A stretch of DNA of 64,000 nt. It comes from a phage. A program made the position numbers and the translations under genes. This document shows positions 20,393 to 30,711 of the stretch, piece after piece. How positions within the stretch are numbered: the first letter of the stretch is position 1; every line of letters starts with the position of its first letter. The notes beneath the pieces are model-generated. The model saw only the letters and a list, made by a program, of their open reading frames with translations, was not told the DNA's origin and did no database searches. Location: sequence record PX418922.1; one strand, written 5' to 3'.

Positions 20393-20569
20393 TGTTTTCT
20401 CCTTATACTTCTAAACGGAAAGTTTCTTTAGATACAAAATCGTATCCACCTTTTTCAAGCCAGTCATTGTAAACCTCATCGGCTTGAGACTCTATCATAA
20501 AATACCGAGTGGTAACTTCGTCTCCGACAATACGCACAATTTTATAGCAAATCATGATACCATTTCCCA

Positions 20570-20761
20570 TTAATCTTCCTCCAGATCAATTTCATTATAA
20601 CAATGTATGCAGAAACCATCATTGTGCATATGTTGTTCATAAGACATATCTTTACCACAAGACCAACAACGGATATCCCCATCGTCCCATTCACGTTCTT
20701 CTTCACCTTCGAATTCATCTGGTAGGTAAGGCATACCAAGACAATCTAAATCGTAATGCAT
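20570..20761 (-). CDS. small Cys-rich (zinc-ribbon-like) protein
   Basis: ORF track gives 20570-20866, but the upstream part lies inside the polymerase gene; internal ATG at 20759-20761 has strong RBS 'ggaggag'; CxxC..CxxC pairs. Confidence 0.45.
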   Translation of the reverse strand: MHYDLDCLGMPYLPDEFEGEEEREWDDGDIRCWSCGKDMSYEQHMHNDGFCIHCYNEIDLEED

Positions 20762-20810
20762 ATCTCCTCCTATAAAGGGGCAGAAGCCCCTTATAAAACA
20801 ATATGTTAGA

Positions 20811-23408
20811 TCAGTGACAGGACGCCCAAGAATTACCCACATCATATCCGGCAGTAAGCTGAACATTAAGATTGTAAAATTCTCCAGCCTTAGTAACAGC
20901 TAAGGCAGCAAGTTCACCTGCCCGACTATAGGCTGTAAACCATCCACCTTTAGGAGATTCATGAATGTTAGCCCAAATTTGCCCTGTCTCTTTTTCCTTA
21001 TTATGCTTCCATTCTTCGACTTTAGCAAGGCATTCTTTATCAATTTTCTTTTGTTCTTCAGGATCGTCTACTTTCTTCCAACCTAATGATTCAGGTGAAA
21101 ACCATTTAAATTCTACAAGGTTACGAGAAACTTCAAGCTGGGCTTCATCGTGATATGCAATCATTTGTTGCACGAAGTCTTTATTCTTCCAGTCATCTTT
21201 AAAGAAGTCAACACTTAGCCCTTCTTCTTCGATCATGTCGTCATAAATAACCATTGCACGTTTAGCACAGATAACCCCGCCGCTTTGGAATAGAGAGTTA
21301 AGAATCGCGTGAGCAGAACGAGTAGGAACCTTACGACCGTCAATACCCAAAACATATTGTTTACCAGTCTTAACCCAGAAATCGTTTAAACGTTCTTTAA
21401 GACGCGCCAATGGGAATGCAGCTTCCCAGAAAGCATCAAACACCAATTGACCTGTAAACTTATCGCTACCAATTGTTTTAGCAACCTTGTCGGCTTGTGC
21501 ACCATAGGTAATACCATACTTAACAGATTTAGCAGGACTACGTTCAAATTTACGTCCAATAGTTTCAGTGATACGTTTTGCCATCATTGTGTGAACATCG
21601 TTAGGTTTTTCTAACAACAGAGCGTTACAATATTCGTGTGGCTCCGGCTCGTACCGCCAACAGTAGTGTGATTCAATTTTTGCTTCCAAAGAGTCGAAGT
21701 CGTAGCCGATCTGGAAGTATTTAGGAACCTCTACACCAAACAAGTTACGCATCTCCCATCCAAACAAAGATGTGACACGAGGAATGTTAGCTACAGACCT
21801 ATGCTTCATACGAGAGGTTGCAGCATCACATGTAGCTGCTGGGGTAGGAATACGACCATCCGCCCTTACTGCGGCTAAGAAACCTTTATCGTATTCTTGA
21901 TCTTCTTCATCTTCTTCCCAATCAGCACCGCCACCTAAAATAGAGTTCCTACGATGCTTATACGTTAAGTATTCTACAATCTGTGTAGCATAAGGAAACT
22001 TCTCACCCAAAGCTTGCAGGTTAGGACAAATTTCTTTTTCCTGACCTTTGGTAAAACATGGGTTAGTCAATACTTTAAGACCGCGACCTTTACCTTTTGC
22101 TATACGCTCTTGAATCTTCCTTTCCAAGGTTTCCGGTGTGCACTCCAGATGATCACAACGATCCTGACAAAAATTAGAAGATAGAGTTTGCTCAACGTAA
22201 GCTCGAATGCCTTTCTGAAGTTCTTCCTCGCTCTTTTTAATCTTGGTGCCAGATTTAAGAGTCAAGTCTTTATCTTTATATTCAGACGGTACCCAACCTA
22301 ATCCTACAAGCCAGTTTTTAATATGGGTTGTATCGTTCAATGTTGCAGGAATGTTAGGATCACATAGAGGCTCATCTGCTGCAACTGGCAGTTTCCACTC
22401 TTTCCCCAACATAACTAACCACCAATCGCCATCCCTCTCTTCCAAATGACCATCATGTTTCTTAGCAAAATTGATCATATGGTTAGTTGGCTCTAAGTTC
22501 TTTTTAATTTGCAACTTAGGTGGAATAAAAGCTTTAAGATAACCTTTTGTTGCTGGTTTAGGTGGCAAAATAGGCTCAACGAGTAAACGAAGACGCTCCA
22601 TTTCTGCATCCAAAAAAGCAAGGTTCTCTTCTGCTTGTTTCATGTTAAAAGCAAACCCACGGTGTTCCTGGCGTGTAATAATGTCTGCTACACGTTGTTC
22701 AAGTTCAAATGGACCTTCCCATTTATCATAATCACCCCATTCTTCCATAAGGTAATTATATACGCTCGTATTGGCTTTGTTGTCATAGATACAGTAATAA
22801 AGCATATCCGCAGCAAAAGTCTTAAATCGATCTTCTTCTGGAATCTCTTTACGGAAATCTATTTTTACATCACCACCTGCTTTTCGAGAAAGTGCTGCCA
22901 AGCTATGTCCTGATTTGCCCTCAATCTTTCGATCTGGGTTTAACACTTTACTCAAAATCAAGGAGTCAATAAGTTTTACCTTATTTTTGCCCCACGTATT
23001 ATATTTAACACTGTAATCTAATCCATAAAACAGTTTTGTAGCCAACCAGTCGTAGTTGATACCGTTGTGAGCCACAGCCATTTCAACCAGATATTCAGGC
23101 TTGTCTTTAAAATAACCTTCATGATTAATAAAATCTGGGAAATCTTTTAGTTGAAAATGTGTGTAATCTTGCGCCACATACTCTTTAAGAACATATGTGT
23201 ATTTACCATCTGACTCTTCATAAGGACGCCCATCAAAGATGTATTTAGGGCCATCGTGGAAAGCTACTATTTCTCCTGTTTCATGGTTCTCTAAGACAAT
23301 ACAGTGCATTTGAAATGTGTCTTTGAGACGATAAGGACTAGCTAAATAATCAATAGTGTCATTATTCAACAATCCGTTTGCTTCAATATCCCATGTAAAC
23401 TTACTCAC
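20811..23408 (-). CDS. DNA polymerase, family A (T7 gp5-like) with 3'-5' exonuclease domain
   Basis: 865-aa ORF; N-terminal 'DIEANGL' exo motif, C-terminal '...GNSWASCH' closely resembling T7 polymerase C-terminus. Confidence 0.85.
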   Translation of the reverse strand: MSKFTWDIEANGLLNNDTIDYLASPYRLKDTFQMHCIVLENHETGEIVAFHDGPKYIFDGRPYEESDGKYTYVLKEYVAQDYTHFQLKDFPDFINHEGYFKDKPEYLVEMAVAHNGINYDWLATKLFYGLDYSVKYNTWGKNKVKLIDSLILSKVLNPDRKIEGKSGHSLAALSRKAGGDVKIDFRKEIPEEDRFKTFAADMLYYCIYDNKANTSVYNYLMEEWGDYDKWEGPFELEQRVADIITRQEHRGFAFNMKQAEENLAFLDAEMERLRLLVEPILPPKPATKGYLKAFIPPKLQIKKNLEPTNHMINFAKKHDGHLEERDGDWWLVMLGKEWKLPVAADEPLCDPNIPATLNDTTHIKNWLVGLGWVPSEYKDKDLTLKSGTKIKKSEEELQKGIRAYVEQTLSSNFCQDRCDHLECTPETLERKIQERIAKGKGRGLKVLTNPCFTKGQEKEICPNLQALGEKFPYATQIVEYLTYKHRRNSILGGGADWEEDEEDQEYDKGFLAAVRADGRIPTPAATCDAATSRMKHRSVANIPRVTSLFGWEMRNLFGVEVPKYFQIGYDFDSLEAKIESHYCWRYEPEPHEYCNALLLEKPNDVHTMMAKRITETIGRKFERSPAKSVKYGITYGAQADKVAKTIGSDKFTGQLVFDAFWEAAFPLARLKERLNDFWVKTGKQYVLGIDGRKVPTRSAHAILNSLFQSGGVICAKRAMVIYDDMIEEEGLSVDFFKDDWKNKDFVQQMIAYHDEAQLEVSRNLVEFKWFSPESLGWKKVDDPEEQKKIDKECLAKVEEWKHNKEKETGQIWANIHESPKGGWFTAYSRAGELAALAVTKAGEFYNLNVQLTAGYDVGNSWASCH

Positions 23409-24202
23409 TATTCCTCCTTTCTAATGTTCTCCAGAACCCACTGAAGTTCTTTTAAACTTAAACTTCTTACTCCCGCAGTTTTACTAGCTTCAGCTTTAAG
23501 TAACGGGTAAGCCTCAATGATACGCGTTTTAAGATCAGAAGTCAAGGCTTTTAAAAAGTAGGTAGATGCTTCAGATAAAGAATCTTCTTCTGATAACACT
23601 TTACCTGCACTTGCTCCCGCTCTCCTAACGGCTATATCGTAGTCTTTACTGTTACCTAATACGAATAGTCGATTCTCTCCTAAAACAACGGGAGAACGCT
23701 TCTCGTTGCGTTTAATCCATATCTGGAATACACAAGGAACATCCCAAGGTTCTCCATGAAGAATAAAAGATCCTTTTGGACATTCTTCTTCGTAAAGAAG
23801 ATGCATGTGGGGATTTAGTTTGTGTGCAAAAAAGATTTTTTGAAATGTGCGAGGCAAGATAAAACAAATACCACCTTCGTTATCCAACATTTCAGCACAA
23901 TGGTTAAAGAACTTAATGGCAAGACTAGCATTTTTTCCAAACGGAGGATTACCGACAAAAGCAGTTACACTACCAACAGACTCAACAGATTGAGCTAAAA
24001 AATCTGCCTCAATACAATCTTCAAACTTAGGGTCAATATCAAAAGAAGTTATGTTTTTAAAACAAGAAGAGAAAGCCCCTTCTCCCGCAGATGGTTCTAC
24101 GTAGTTAGCTTCCTCTCCAAAAATTTCTTTGATCTTATCACATAAGAACCCCGCATAAGCGGGGTTAGTGTAATATTGATCAAGTGTGTTCAACTTGCTC
24201 AA
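23408..24202 (-). CDS. DNA N6-adenine methyltransferase
   Basis: 'EPSAGEGAF' (SAM-binding motif I-like) and 'GNPPFG' (motif IV NPPF). Confidence 0.65.
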   Translation of the reverse strand: MSKLNTLDQYYTNPAYAGFLCDKIKEIFGEEANYVEPSAGEGAFSSCFKNITSFDIDPKFEDCIEADFLAQSVESVGSVTAFVGNPPFGKNASLAIKFFNHCAEMLDNEGGICFILPRTFQKIFFAHKLNPHMHLLYEEECPKGSFILHGEPWDVPCVFQIWIKRNEKRSPVVLGENRLFVLGNSKDYDIAVRRAGASAGKVLSEEDSLSEASTYFLKALTSDLKTRIIEAYPLLKAEASKTAGVRSLSLKELQWVLENIRKEE

Positions 24203-24211
24203 TAGTCCTCC

Positions 24212-24643
24212 TTAGTTGTTAGCGAACTCAATAGTGAGGTCAACTTTACCATCGTCAGAAATAACCATGTTTTTGGTATTTTTAAAGATGATATCTACTT
24301 TACCTTCACTTACACGACAGAATGCAACACCATCTGCAACTTTATCGATATAATATTTGTAAGAAAGAATACCCACTTTACTACGACCAGCACCTTTTGT
24401 GAAAGAAGGGCTTACATCGAAACGGAAACCTTTAGAAGAAACAACACGGTAAGAACGTCCAGTTGGAAGATGTTCAATAACAGAGACATTATTCTCAACA
24501 ACTTTTACAGCAAACTCTTCAGGATGATCCTCAACAATCATATGTGGGATGGCAAATGCCAACGCTTGTTTGTGTTTAATAACACCAGCACCCAGAGCAC
24601 CAGCAGCTTTAACTTTTGCATTCAGATCGATTGTCATACGCAT
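24212..24643 (-). CDS. hypothetical protein
   Basis: 143-aa ORF, no recognisable motif. Confidence 0.45.
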   Translation of the reverse strand: MRMTIDLNAKVKAAGALGAGVIKHKQALAFAIPHMIVEDHPEEFAVKVVENNVSVIEHLPTGRSYRVVSSKGFRFDVSPSFTKGAGRSKVGILSYKYYIDKVADGVAFCRVSEGKVDIIFKNTKNMVISDDGKVDLTIEFANN

Positions 24644-24735
24644 TTTTACTTCTCCTCTTGTTTGGTTGATGAGACAAGTATAAGTCCCTTCCGTAAAGTT
24701 GTCAACAGGTATTTTTAATAAAAGGGCCGAAGCCC

Positions 24736-26511
24736 TTAATAATTGCTATCCGTAGGCAAATTAGCAGGATTGTTGAAATACTGCTCTTTGTCATGCAGGG
24801 TTGCAGTTCTAATGTCATAGTAAAACTGCCCTGCCGGACCAGTTTCTGAGAACTCACGGTTTTTTAGGATAAAGCAATGAGTCGTATTGCGTTCTACAGG
24901 GTCTTCAGCGGCTTTATCTCGTTCCAAAGCCAAGGTAATACCAGCACCTTTAGCCAAGAAACTACTACCCATTGCATCGTCCTCTGTTAAGTGTTCATTG
25001 CCACCATTGGCCGATTTCTTAACGTGTGAGATGACAATAATAGTTATAGCATACTCTTTCATGATGCGCTTCAACCATGTTGCTAACTCTTCCTGGGCTT
25101 GAACATCCATACCAGAAAGCAAATCAGAATAAGGGTCGATAACAAGAATTGTTACTCCAAAATAGATGATCATCTCCAAAACTTTTTCTTTGATAGACTC
25201 CACATCTGCTCCACGATCATCACACACATAAAAACGTGGTGATCCATCTTCTCTTTCGTAAAAATCTAGGATTTTTTCTTTATTCTCTTCCAAGATTTGA
25301 AATTTCTCTTCCGGTGTTTTCCTGTGTAGAGGAATATGCAGGAACGAGGACAACAGGTTACGAGAATATTTCTTATAAGTTGCTTCCAAGGACAGAATAC
25401 CTAGGGTATGTTCTGGGTGCGCAACAATAATATGTTTGGTGATCTCGTTCACCATCAAAGTTTTACCGATACTGGTCTTTGCCAGGATAACTGTAATCTC
25501 TTCCTCTACTAAACCACCACCCAGCATATTTGCAGCAACACGCATAAAAGGAGGCAAGGTAATCATCTTGGATTCCAAGCATTCTAATGCGGCTTCATAC
25601 AAGACATTAGAAGCATAAACACCTGCTGGGGTGTATAGACGAGCACTCCAAAAAGCTTTTACGAAATCTTTTGCACGACCTTCTTCCAGATACTGATTGG
25701 CATCCTTAAGATCCATCTGCATACGATAGACTTTGTTACGAGGCAGCACCTTAACAATATTTTCAAATGCCTCATTACCTGCTTTGTCATTATCCATGCA
25801 AACAATAATCTTCTTAAATTTTTCAAAGAAAGGATATTGTGCCTGAACTTGTTTATACATACTGGTTTCACCAGTTGTGCCACTAACTACTGCTGGAAGT
25901 TCATACTTGTTGTCCAAGTTTTCAGATAGCATTTGATAAGCTGCCAGAGCATCGTGTTCACCACCTGTAATTACCACAGTATGAGAACGGTCTGCAAAAC
26001 GAATTTGTCCAAAAAGATCTACATCTTTACCTACTTGACCAATAGGTTTACTGAAATCTTTAGGATGAATACGACGCTTAAAACCAACCAATTCTTTACC
26101 GATAGTAGTTGGATATAAACAACTTTCTACTACCATCTGATCCCCTTCCTGACGGTATTCATAACGAACACCATAGAAAGATGAAACTTTTTCTTTAATG
26201 CCTCGATAACCACGTGGGTTGGTTGATGTTTCTTGAACAATTTTACGATGAATCTGTTTATTAAATTCCGAACCCACAATCTCCTCCTCTTCTAAAACTT
26301 CACCATTTTCTCGTAACCATTCTACGCTAGGAATAGTGTATTCACACGCAAAGCACTTAGCACCTTTATGCTCTCCATTAGAATCTAATCCATAAACCAT
26401 CAGGTTATTACGAGAGCGATCCTTGCCATTTTTCATGCAGCGCGGACAACCTGTATGCCCTTCCTTGCTAAGATCAACATCAAATCCATATTTAGTTATA
26501 ATGTGCGACAC
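24736..26511 (-). CDS. bifunctional DNA primase-helicase (T7 gp4-like)
   Basis: N-terminal Cys4 zinc finger 'CPRCM..CFACEY', central TOPRIM-like region, C-terminal Walker A 'TSIGKT'. Confidence 0.8.
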   Translation of the reverse strand: MSHIITKYGFDVDLSKEGHTGCPRCMKNGKDRSRNNLMVYGLDSNGEHKGAKCFACEYTIPSVEWLRENGEVLEEEEIVGSEFNKQIHRKIVQETSTNPRGYRGIKEKVSSFYGVRYEYRQEGDQMVVESCLYPTTIGKELVGFKRRIHPKDFSKPIGQVGKDVDLFGQIRFADRSHTVVITGGEHDALAAYQMLSENLDNKYELPAVVSGTTGETSMYKQVQAQYPFFEKFKKIIVCMDNDKAGNEAFENIVKVLPRNKVYRMQMDLKDANQYLEEGRAKDFVKAFWSARLYTPAGVYASNVLYEAALECLESKMITLPPFMRVAANMLGGGLVEEEITVILAKTSIGKTLMVNEITKHIIVAHPEHTLGILSLEATYKKYSRNLLSSFLHIPLHRKTPEEKFQILEENKEKILDFYEREDGSPRFYVCDDRGADVESIKEKVLEMIIYFGVTILVIDPYSDLLSGMDVQAQEELATWLKRIMKEYAITIIVISHVKKSANGGNEHLTEDDAMGSSFLAKGAGITLALERDKAAEDPVERNTTHCFILKNREFSETGPAGQFYYDIRTATLHDKEQYFNNPANLPTDSNY

Positions 26512-26523
26512 TTTGTTCTCCTG

Positions 26524-26802
26524 TTAAAATGGTTCGTTAGTCTCCATCATATATTCTGCTTCTAGTTCTTCCATGTGCTTTCTAAATTGGAAAGCAATTT
26601 CTGCTACAGTTACATTTAAATCTTTTTCAAAAACTTCTGTAGAGCCTTCATAAAAACGAATACCGTCAATTAAAAGCCCTCCGTGGTAATCCCAATCACT
26701 TTCACGAGAAAGCGGGTTAGGCTCTTCATAATAGTAATCCACCTCCACGACTAAAGCTTTCCCGTTACGAGTGGTGTATTCAAAATCAAAAGTGTTAATC
26801 AT
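26524..26802 (-). CDS. hypothetical protein
   Basis: 92-aa ORF. Confidence 0.4.
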   Translation of the reverse strand: MINTFDFEYTTRNGKALVVEVDYYYEEPNPLSRESDWDYHGGLLIDGIRFYEGSTEVFEKDLNVTVAEIAFQFRKHMEELEAEYMMETNEPF

Positions 26803-27746
26803 TATAGCTCCTCAAATAAAAGTCTACGACGCTCATTCAACACATCAATGTGATAATGAGTCCTGACATACTTAGCTAATGCTAATCCTTTCTCCATGCA
26901 AACATCGGGAGCACTTAATAAGTATTCCGTAATATCTTTCCACTCGGAAGGTGTTTCAGCAAAGAATAACAAATCTTTAAACTCTTGTGTATGATAATTC
27001 TCACGAGGAGAACAGATCAAAGGTAAACCCTTAGCACCTGCCTCAAGAATTTTAAGATTGCTTTTTGCATTATTAAACACGTTATCAAGCAATGGCGCAA
27101 GACTGATTTGATGACCATCGTAAGATTCCATGTAGTTGGCATATGGTCTTACACCTTCATAAACACAAGTTGGTGCTACATTTTCTCTGATCACAGACCA
27201 TTCACGACTACTTAAAACTTCAGAACCCCTACGAAAACCACATATTGTAAGATCTTTACCAAAATCGGGCAAGATAGCCAAATCTTGTTTATGTGTTTCA
27301 CTTCCAGCCCAGACTAATGGAGTTTTGGAGTAGCGATCACGGGTCAACACAAATTGACCTTCATCGTAAGGAAGACCATTAGGGATTATGTGCACATTAT
27401 CATTGTATTGTGAAAGTTCAACTTGCAAAGCAGGTGTCGTAGTTGTAACAAGATCGCTGTGCTCTAAAAACCATTTTAAATGTTCACGAATACCTGATTC
27501 AAAAATACCTTCTAACATGTGTCCTTTTGGAATAACTAAAGAGTCATCCAAATCCATAACCATTTTAAAGCCTAGGTTTTTAAGGGCTAAAAAGCCCTCT
27601 TTACCTTTTGTTGGCACTCCGTTAAAAACGAAAACGTTGTGTTTAGGTTGTGAAGAGAACTGCCTTGAGTAAGGCAGCACTACCCTATGGAAATCGCAGA
27701 CACTATAATTGATTCCATTACGATTGTCAAGAATTATTTGTCCCAT
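26802..27746 (-). CDS. glycosyltransferase-like protein (GT-B-like), paralog A
   Basis: 314-aa ORF; C-terminal 'NLKILEAGAKGLPLICS' resembles GT-B sugar-donor-binding region; paralogous to 27754-28701. Confidence 0.4.
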   Translation of the reverse strand: MGQIILDNRNGINYSVCDFHRVVLPYSRQFSSQPKHNVFVFNGVPTKGKEGFLALKNLGFKMVMDLDDSLVIPKGHMLEGIFESGIREHLKWFLEHSDLVTTTTPALQVELSQYNDNVHIIPNGLPYDEGQFVLTRDRYSKTPLVWAGSETHKQDLAILPDFGKDLTICGFRRGSEVLSSREWSVIRENVAPTCVYEGVRPYANYMESYDGHQISLAPLLDNVFNNAKSNLKILEAGAKGLPLICSPRENYHTQEFKDLLFFAETPSEWKDITEYLLSAPDVCMEKGLALAKYVRTHYHIDVLNERRRLLFEEL

Positions 27747-27753
27747 ACTTCAC

Positions 27754-28701
27754 CTACAAACTTTCAATAACCTGGCGTCGCAACTCGTTTGCATCTGCCA
27801 GATTATAATGTGTTCGAACATGTTCAGCCAAGAACAAGCCACGATCTTCCCGATAGTTTGGATTGCGAAGAAGCTTAACAATTTCGTAATGCCATTCTGC
27901 TTTATTCTCTGCGTAAGCAACAGCGCGAGCATCTACAGGGTTAAAATAAGGTAATACCTTAGAACAAACAATTGGAATACCTTTTGCTCCAGCTTCCAGG
28001 ATTTTGAGATTACTTTTACAATTATTAAAATCGTTATCTACCAAAGGAGCTATAGCAATAGCATGACTTTCGTAAACACTCATGTAATTATCTAAATCTT
28101 TTACAGCGGCTTTATATTTGGCATTTGGTAAATTTCTGCGAATCTTAATCCACTCTTGTCCCGTGATGCTTTGTGATGTTTCATATCCCGCAATAGTAAG
28201 AAGTTCATCATCGAAAGTATTAGAGACTAGTCGTAAGTCTGGTTCGTGACTAGCACCGCCAGCCCATACAACAGGGGTACCGGATGAACGATCATTTGAC
28301 AAAGTGAATTGTCCGCTATCAAAAGGAAGTGCATTTCGGATCACAACAACATTCCTATTTAAGTGACGGATCTTATATGCCAAATATTCCGTAGTCACAA
28401 TAACCACATCAGCAAGCTTAACCATAGCTACAATAGCATGAGTGTTTGACTCGTATAGACTTGCTAAATAATGTTCTGGATTAAGTTGGTAAAAATCATC
28501 TAAGTCTACAACAACCTTAACACCTTGACGTTTCAAAGATAAAACGTATTCTGCACCTTTAGAGTGGATACGGTTAAACACAACAACATCTTTCTTAGGT
28601 TGAATATTATTGTTGTTAAATGGTATAACAATACGATGATAGTCACAACCGCTGTGAGGTTTTGCATCAATTTTTAGTTTAGACCATTTTTTATTTGACA
28701 T
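27754..28701 (-). CDS. glycosyltransferase-like protein (GT-B-like), paralog B
   Basis: 315-aa ORF, 'NLKILEAGAKGIPIVCS'; clear paralogy with 26802-27746 over full length. Confidence 0.4.
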   Translation of the reverse strand: MSNKKWSKLKIDAKPHSGCDYHRIVIPFNNNNIQPKKDVVVFNRIHSKGAEYVLSLKRQGVKVVVDLDDFYQLNPEHYLASLYESNTHAIVAMVKLADVVIVTTEYLAYKIRHLNRNVVVIRNALPFDSGQFTLSNDRSSGTPVVWAGGASHEPDLRLVSNTFDDELLTIAGYETSQSITGQEWIKIRRNLPNAKYKAAVKDLDNYMSVYESHAIAIAPLVDNDFNNCKSNLKILEAGAKGIPIVCSKVLPYFNPVDARAVAYAENKAEWHYEIVKLLRNPNYREDRGLFLAEHVRTHYNLADANELRRQVIESL

Positions 28702-29374
28702 GTGCTAGTGCCTCCTCATAGGAAATTCGGATTTTCCCATTTTTAATATCCTCTAAAGATGCTTTATATTCTTCCCAGTTAATCCCAATAGCAGCCTCTT
28801 TCTCTTCTTTTGTCAGGTTAGCAAAAGGCATAGGATTGTTTCCAAAAACATCGTCTGGGTGGATATAAGCCATGATACGAAGTGGACAAGGTGTTGCCTG
28901 AATACCATGATTCAAACCAGCAGCTTGCAAACGGTGTCCCCATTCAGCATCTTCAAAACCATAACCGTGAGTGTAAGGACGGAAATAACCCATCTTCTCA
29001 ACAACGGAACGAGAATACATTGCAAATTGACACATTGCAAGTTCCCAGAGAATAACTTCTCCTTTGCTTCCAACAACTTTATCTTTGAAATACTCCGGCA
29101 TACCAAAGAAATCCCATCCTCCAGAGACAGCTTGATCTACAAAGTATGTTTCCCATCCCTCCATGACTGGGTAGCAATCATCGTCAAAAATAAACCAATA
29201 ATCATAACCTTCTTCATAAAACTGGTGCATAAGTTCATTCCTGGCATAAGCTACACCTTTACGATCTGGATCGTTGAATACTCGAAAATCTGCACGTGGA
29301 TCTGTTACAAGGTAGTCTTTAAGTGGACGGACACCTACAGTGATAACACCCACTCCGATTTTAATATTTTCCAT
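28691..29374 (-). CDS. glycosyltransferase (GT-A fold-like)
   Basis: 'FIFDDDCYP' DxD-type motif and 'GYGFEDAEWGHRL'. Confidence 0.45.
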   Translation of the reverse strand: MENIKIGVGVITVGVRPLKDYLVTDPRADFRVFNDPDRKGVAYARNELMHQFYEEGYDYWFIFDDDCYPVMEGWETYFVDQAVSGGWDFFGMPEYFKDKVVGSKGEVILWELAMCQFAMYSRSVVEKMGYFRPYTHGYGFEDAEWGHRLQAAGLNHGIQATPCPLRIMAYIHPDDVFGNNPMPFANLTKEEKEAAIGINWEEYKASLEDIKNGKIRISYEEALAHVK

Positions 29375-29382
29375 TTTCTCTC

Positions 29383-29946
29383 CTAAATAGTTTTACTGTG
29401 ATCATGACAGTGTAATAAATGATGTATAGACCGTTGAGGATCTGTTTGACCTAATCTGTAAATGTGAAACAGATACATTCCCCGCATCAATCCTAACCTC
29501 TTTCCTTTTTCATGTAAAGTGCGAGAGAAAATTAAGTCGAATTGGATAGATTTTTCTTCGAAAGGAATTTCATTCCACAATGATTTTCTAAAAAGCAAAA
29601 AGAAACCTGCCAGAGGTGTTCCGAAAGGAACTTCTTCAACACTTACTTTATGATATTCCCTTGCAATCTTAGCATATTCTATATGGTTTAGAATATCGGG
29701 ATCATCGTTAATTTGGTTAGAGAAAAGCTGATAACCACTACCTAACCTGTTACAAGTTGCACCTATTACATCAAAAGGCGGGTTTGACATAACAAGCTCT
29801 TCAAGCATAGATGGTTGATCAGGTAGGAGGAACATTGTATCGGTATCTCTTAAACACACCCAACTATCGTCTGGAAGAACGGCAATAGCTTCATTGATAG
29901 CCTTGCCGATATTTCCTGTCAGATAGGGAGTAATATAATAAATCAT
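29383..29946 (-). CDS. possible glycosyltransferase (GT-A-like) / hypothetical
   Basis: 187-aa ORF, 'CLRDTDTMF' DxD-like motif; weak. Confidence 0.3.
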   Translation of the reverse strand: MIYYITPYLTGNIGKAINEAIAVLPDDSWVCLRDTDTMFLLPDQPSMLEELVMSNPPFDVIGATCNRLGSGYQLFSNQINDDPDILNHIEYAKIAREYHKVSVEEVPFGTPLAGFFLLFRKSLWNEIPFEEKSIQFDLIFSRTLHEKGKRLGLMRGMYLFHIYRLGQTDPQRSIHHLLHCHDHSKTI

Positions 29947-29964
29947 TCTCCCCCCTCCGTTATA

Positions 29965-30156
29965 TTAACTGTCAGCTACAATCCCACGTTTAATCATTTC
30001 TTGTTGGATCTGAATCACACGATCTCGTGCTTCCATATATTCTTTAAAAGATTCTTGGAGATGGTCACGGGCTACGTCCCGTAGTTTAATCAGTTTGTCG
30101 TTTGTCACTTCTTGAAGAGAGATCTCGCCAGTTTCATTGGTCCCAAGCGTTTTCAT
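29965..30156 (-). CDS. hypothetical small protein
   Basis: 63-aa ORF. Confidence 0.3.
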   Translation of the reverse strand: MKTLGTNETGEISLQEVTNDKLIKLRDVARDHLQESFKEYMEARDRVIQIQQEMIKRGIVADS

Positions 30157-30412
30157 TTACAACCTCCTTAATAGCTACTGCACAGTTCTTACAAATACAT
30201 TGACCTTTGTTCTTAGAAATTTCAATGTAAGGTTCATTTTCGTTTTCTCCGCGTCGTGAGTCGTATATTACTGTATTGAAGCAGACAACGCAAATGTTTT
30301 TAATAACGACATATTTTTGCACTTTCTGTTTAGTGCGAAAATTGACTTCAATGACTTCTCCCATCAATGAATCTCCCCTAAAATGTTGTTTTGAGACATT
30401 ACTGCGGAGCAT
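30134..30412 (-). CDS. small Cys-rich protein
   Basis: 92-aa ORF with 'CVVC...CICKNC'. Confidence 0.35.
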   Translation of the reverse strand: MLRSNVSKQHFRGDSLMGEVIEVNFRTKQKVQKYVVIKNICVVCFNTVIYDSRRGENENEPYIEISKNKGQCICKNCAVAIKEVVNENAWDQ

Positions 30413-30711
30413 TCTACAGCATCATGAGTCCTTGCAAAACGCTCCCACAACACAGCATCTACTTTAAGAACCATACAAGGATAAATACTGTCGTTGATCA
30501 TGTCAATGCTATATTTATCTACATCCTTTTCATCTTCCATAAACAAAGTAGCGTATGCTTCTAAATGCTTACGGGTGTAGTATACATCCTCTTCAGTAAG
30601 ACCGACAACCAGGTAACTTGCTACAACAACAGTATTATCTTCTTGCATTTTAACTCCCCTTTGGTAGATAGAAACCATGCACTTTATCTCGATAAACAAG
30701 ACGCATATCAC
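30364..30711 (-). CDS. hypothetical protein
   Basis: 115-aa ORF. Confidence 0.35.
   Translation of the reverse strand: MICVLFIEIKCMVSIYQRGVKMQEDNTVVVASYLVVGLTEEDVYYTRKHLEAYATLFMEDEKDVDKYSIDMINDSIYPCMVLKVDAVLWERFARTHDAVECSAVMSQNNILGEIH

Noticed and set aside
20570-20866. Full 98-aa extent of the small Cys-rich ORF
   Set aside because: Its upstream third overlaps the 3' end of the polymerase gene; an internal ATG with strong RBS at 20759-20761 gives a non-overlapping gene, so the long form was not used
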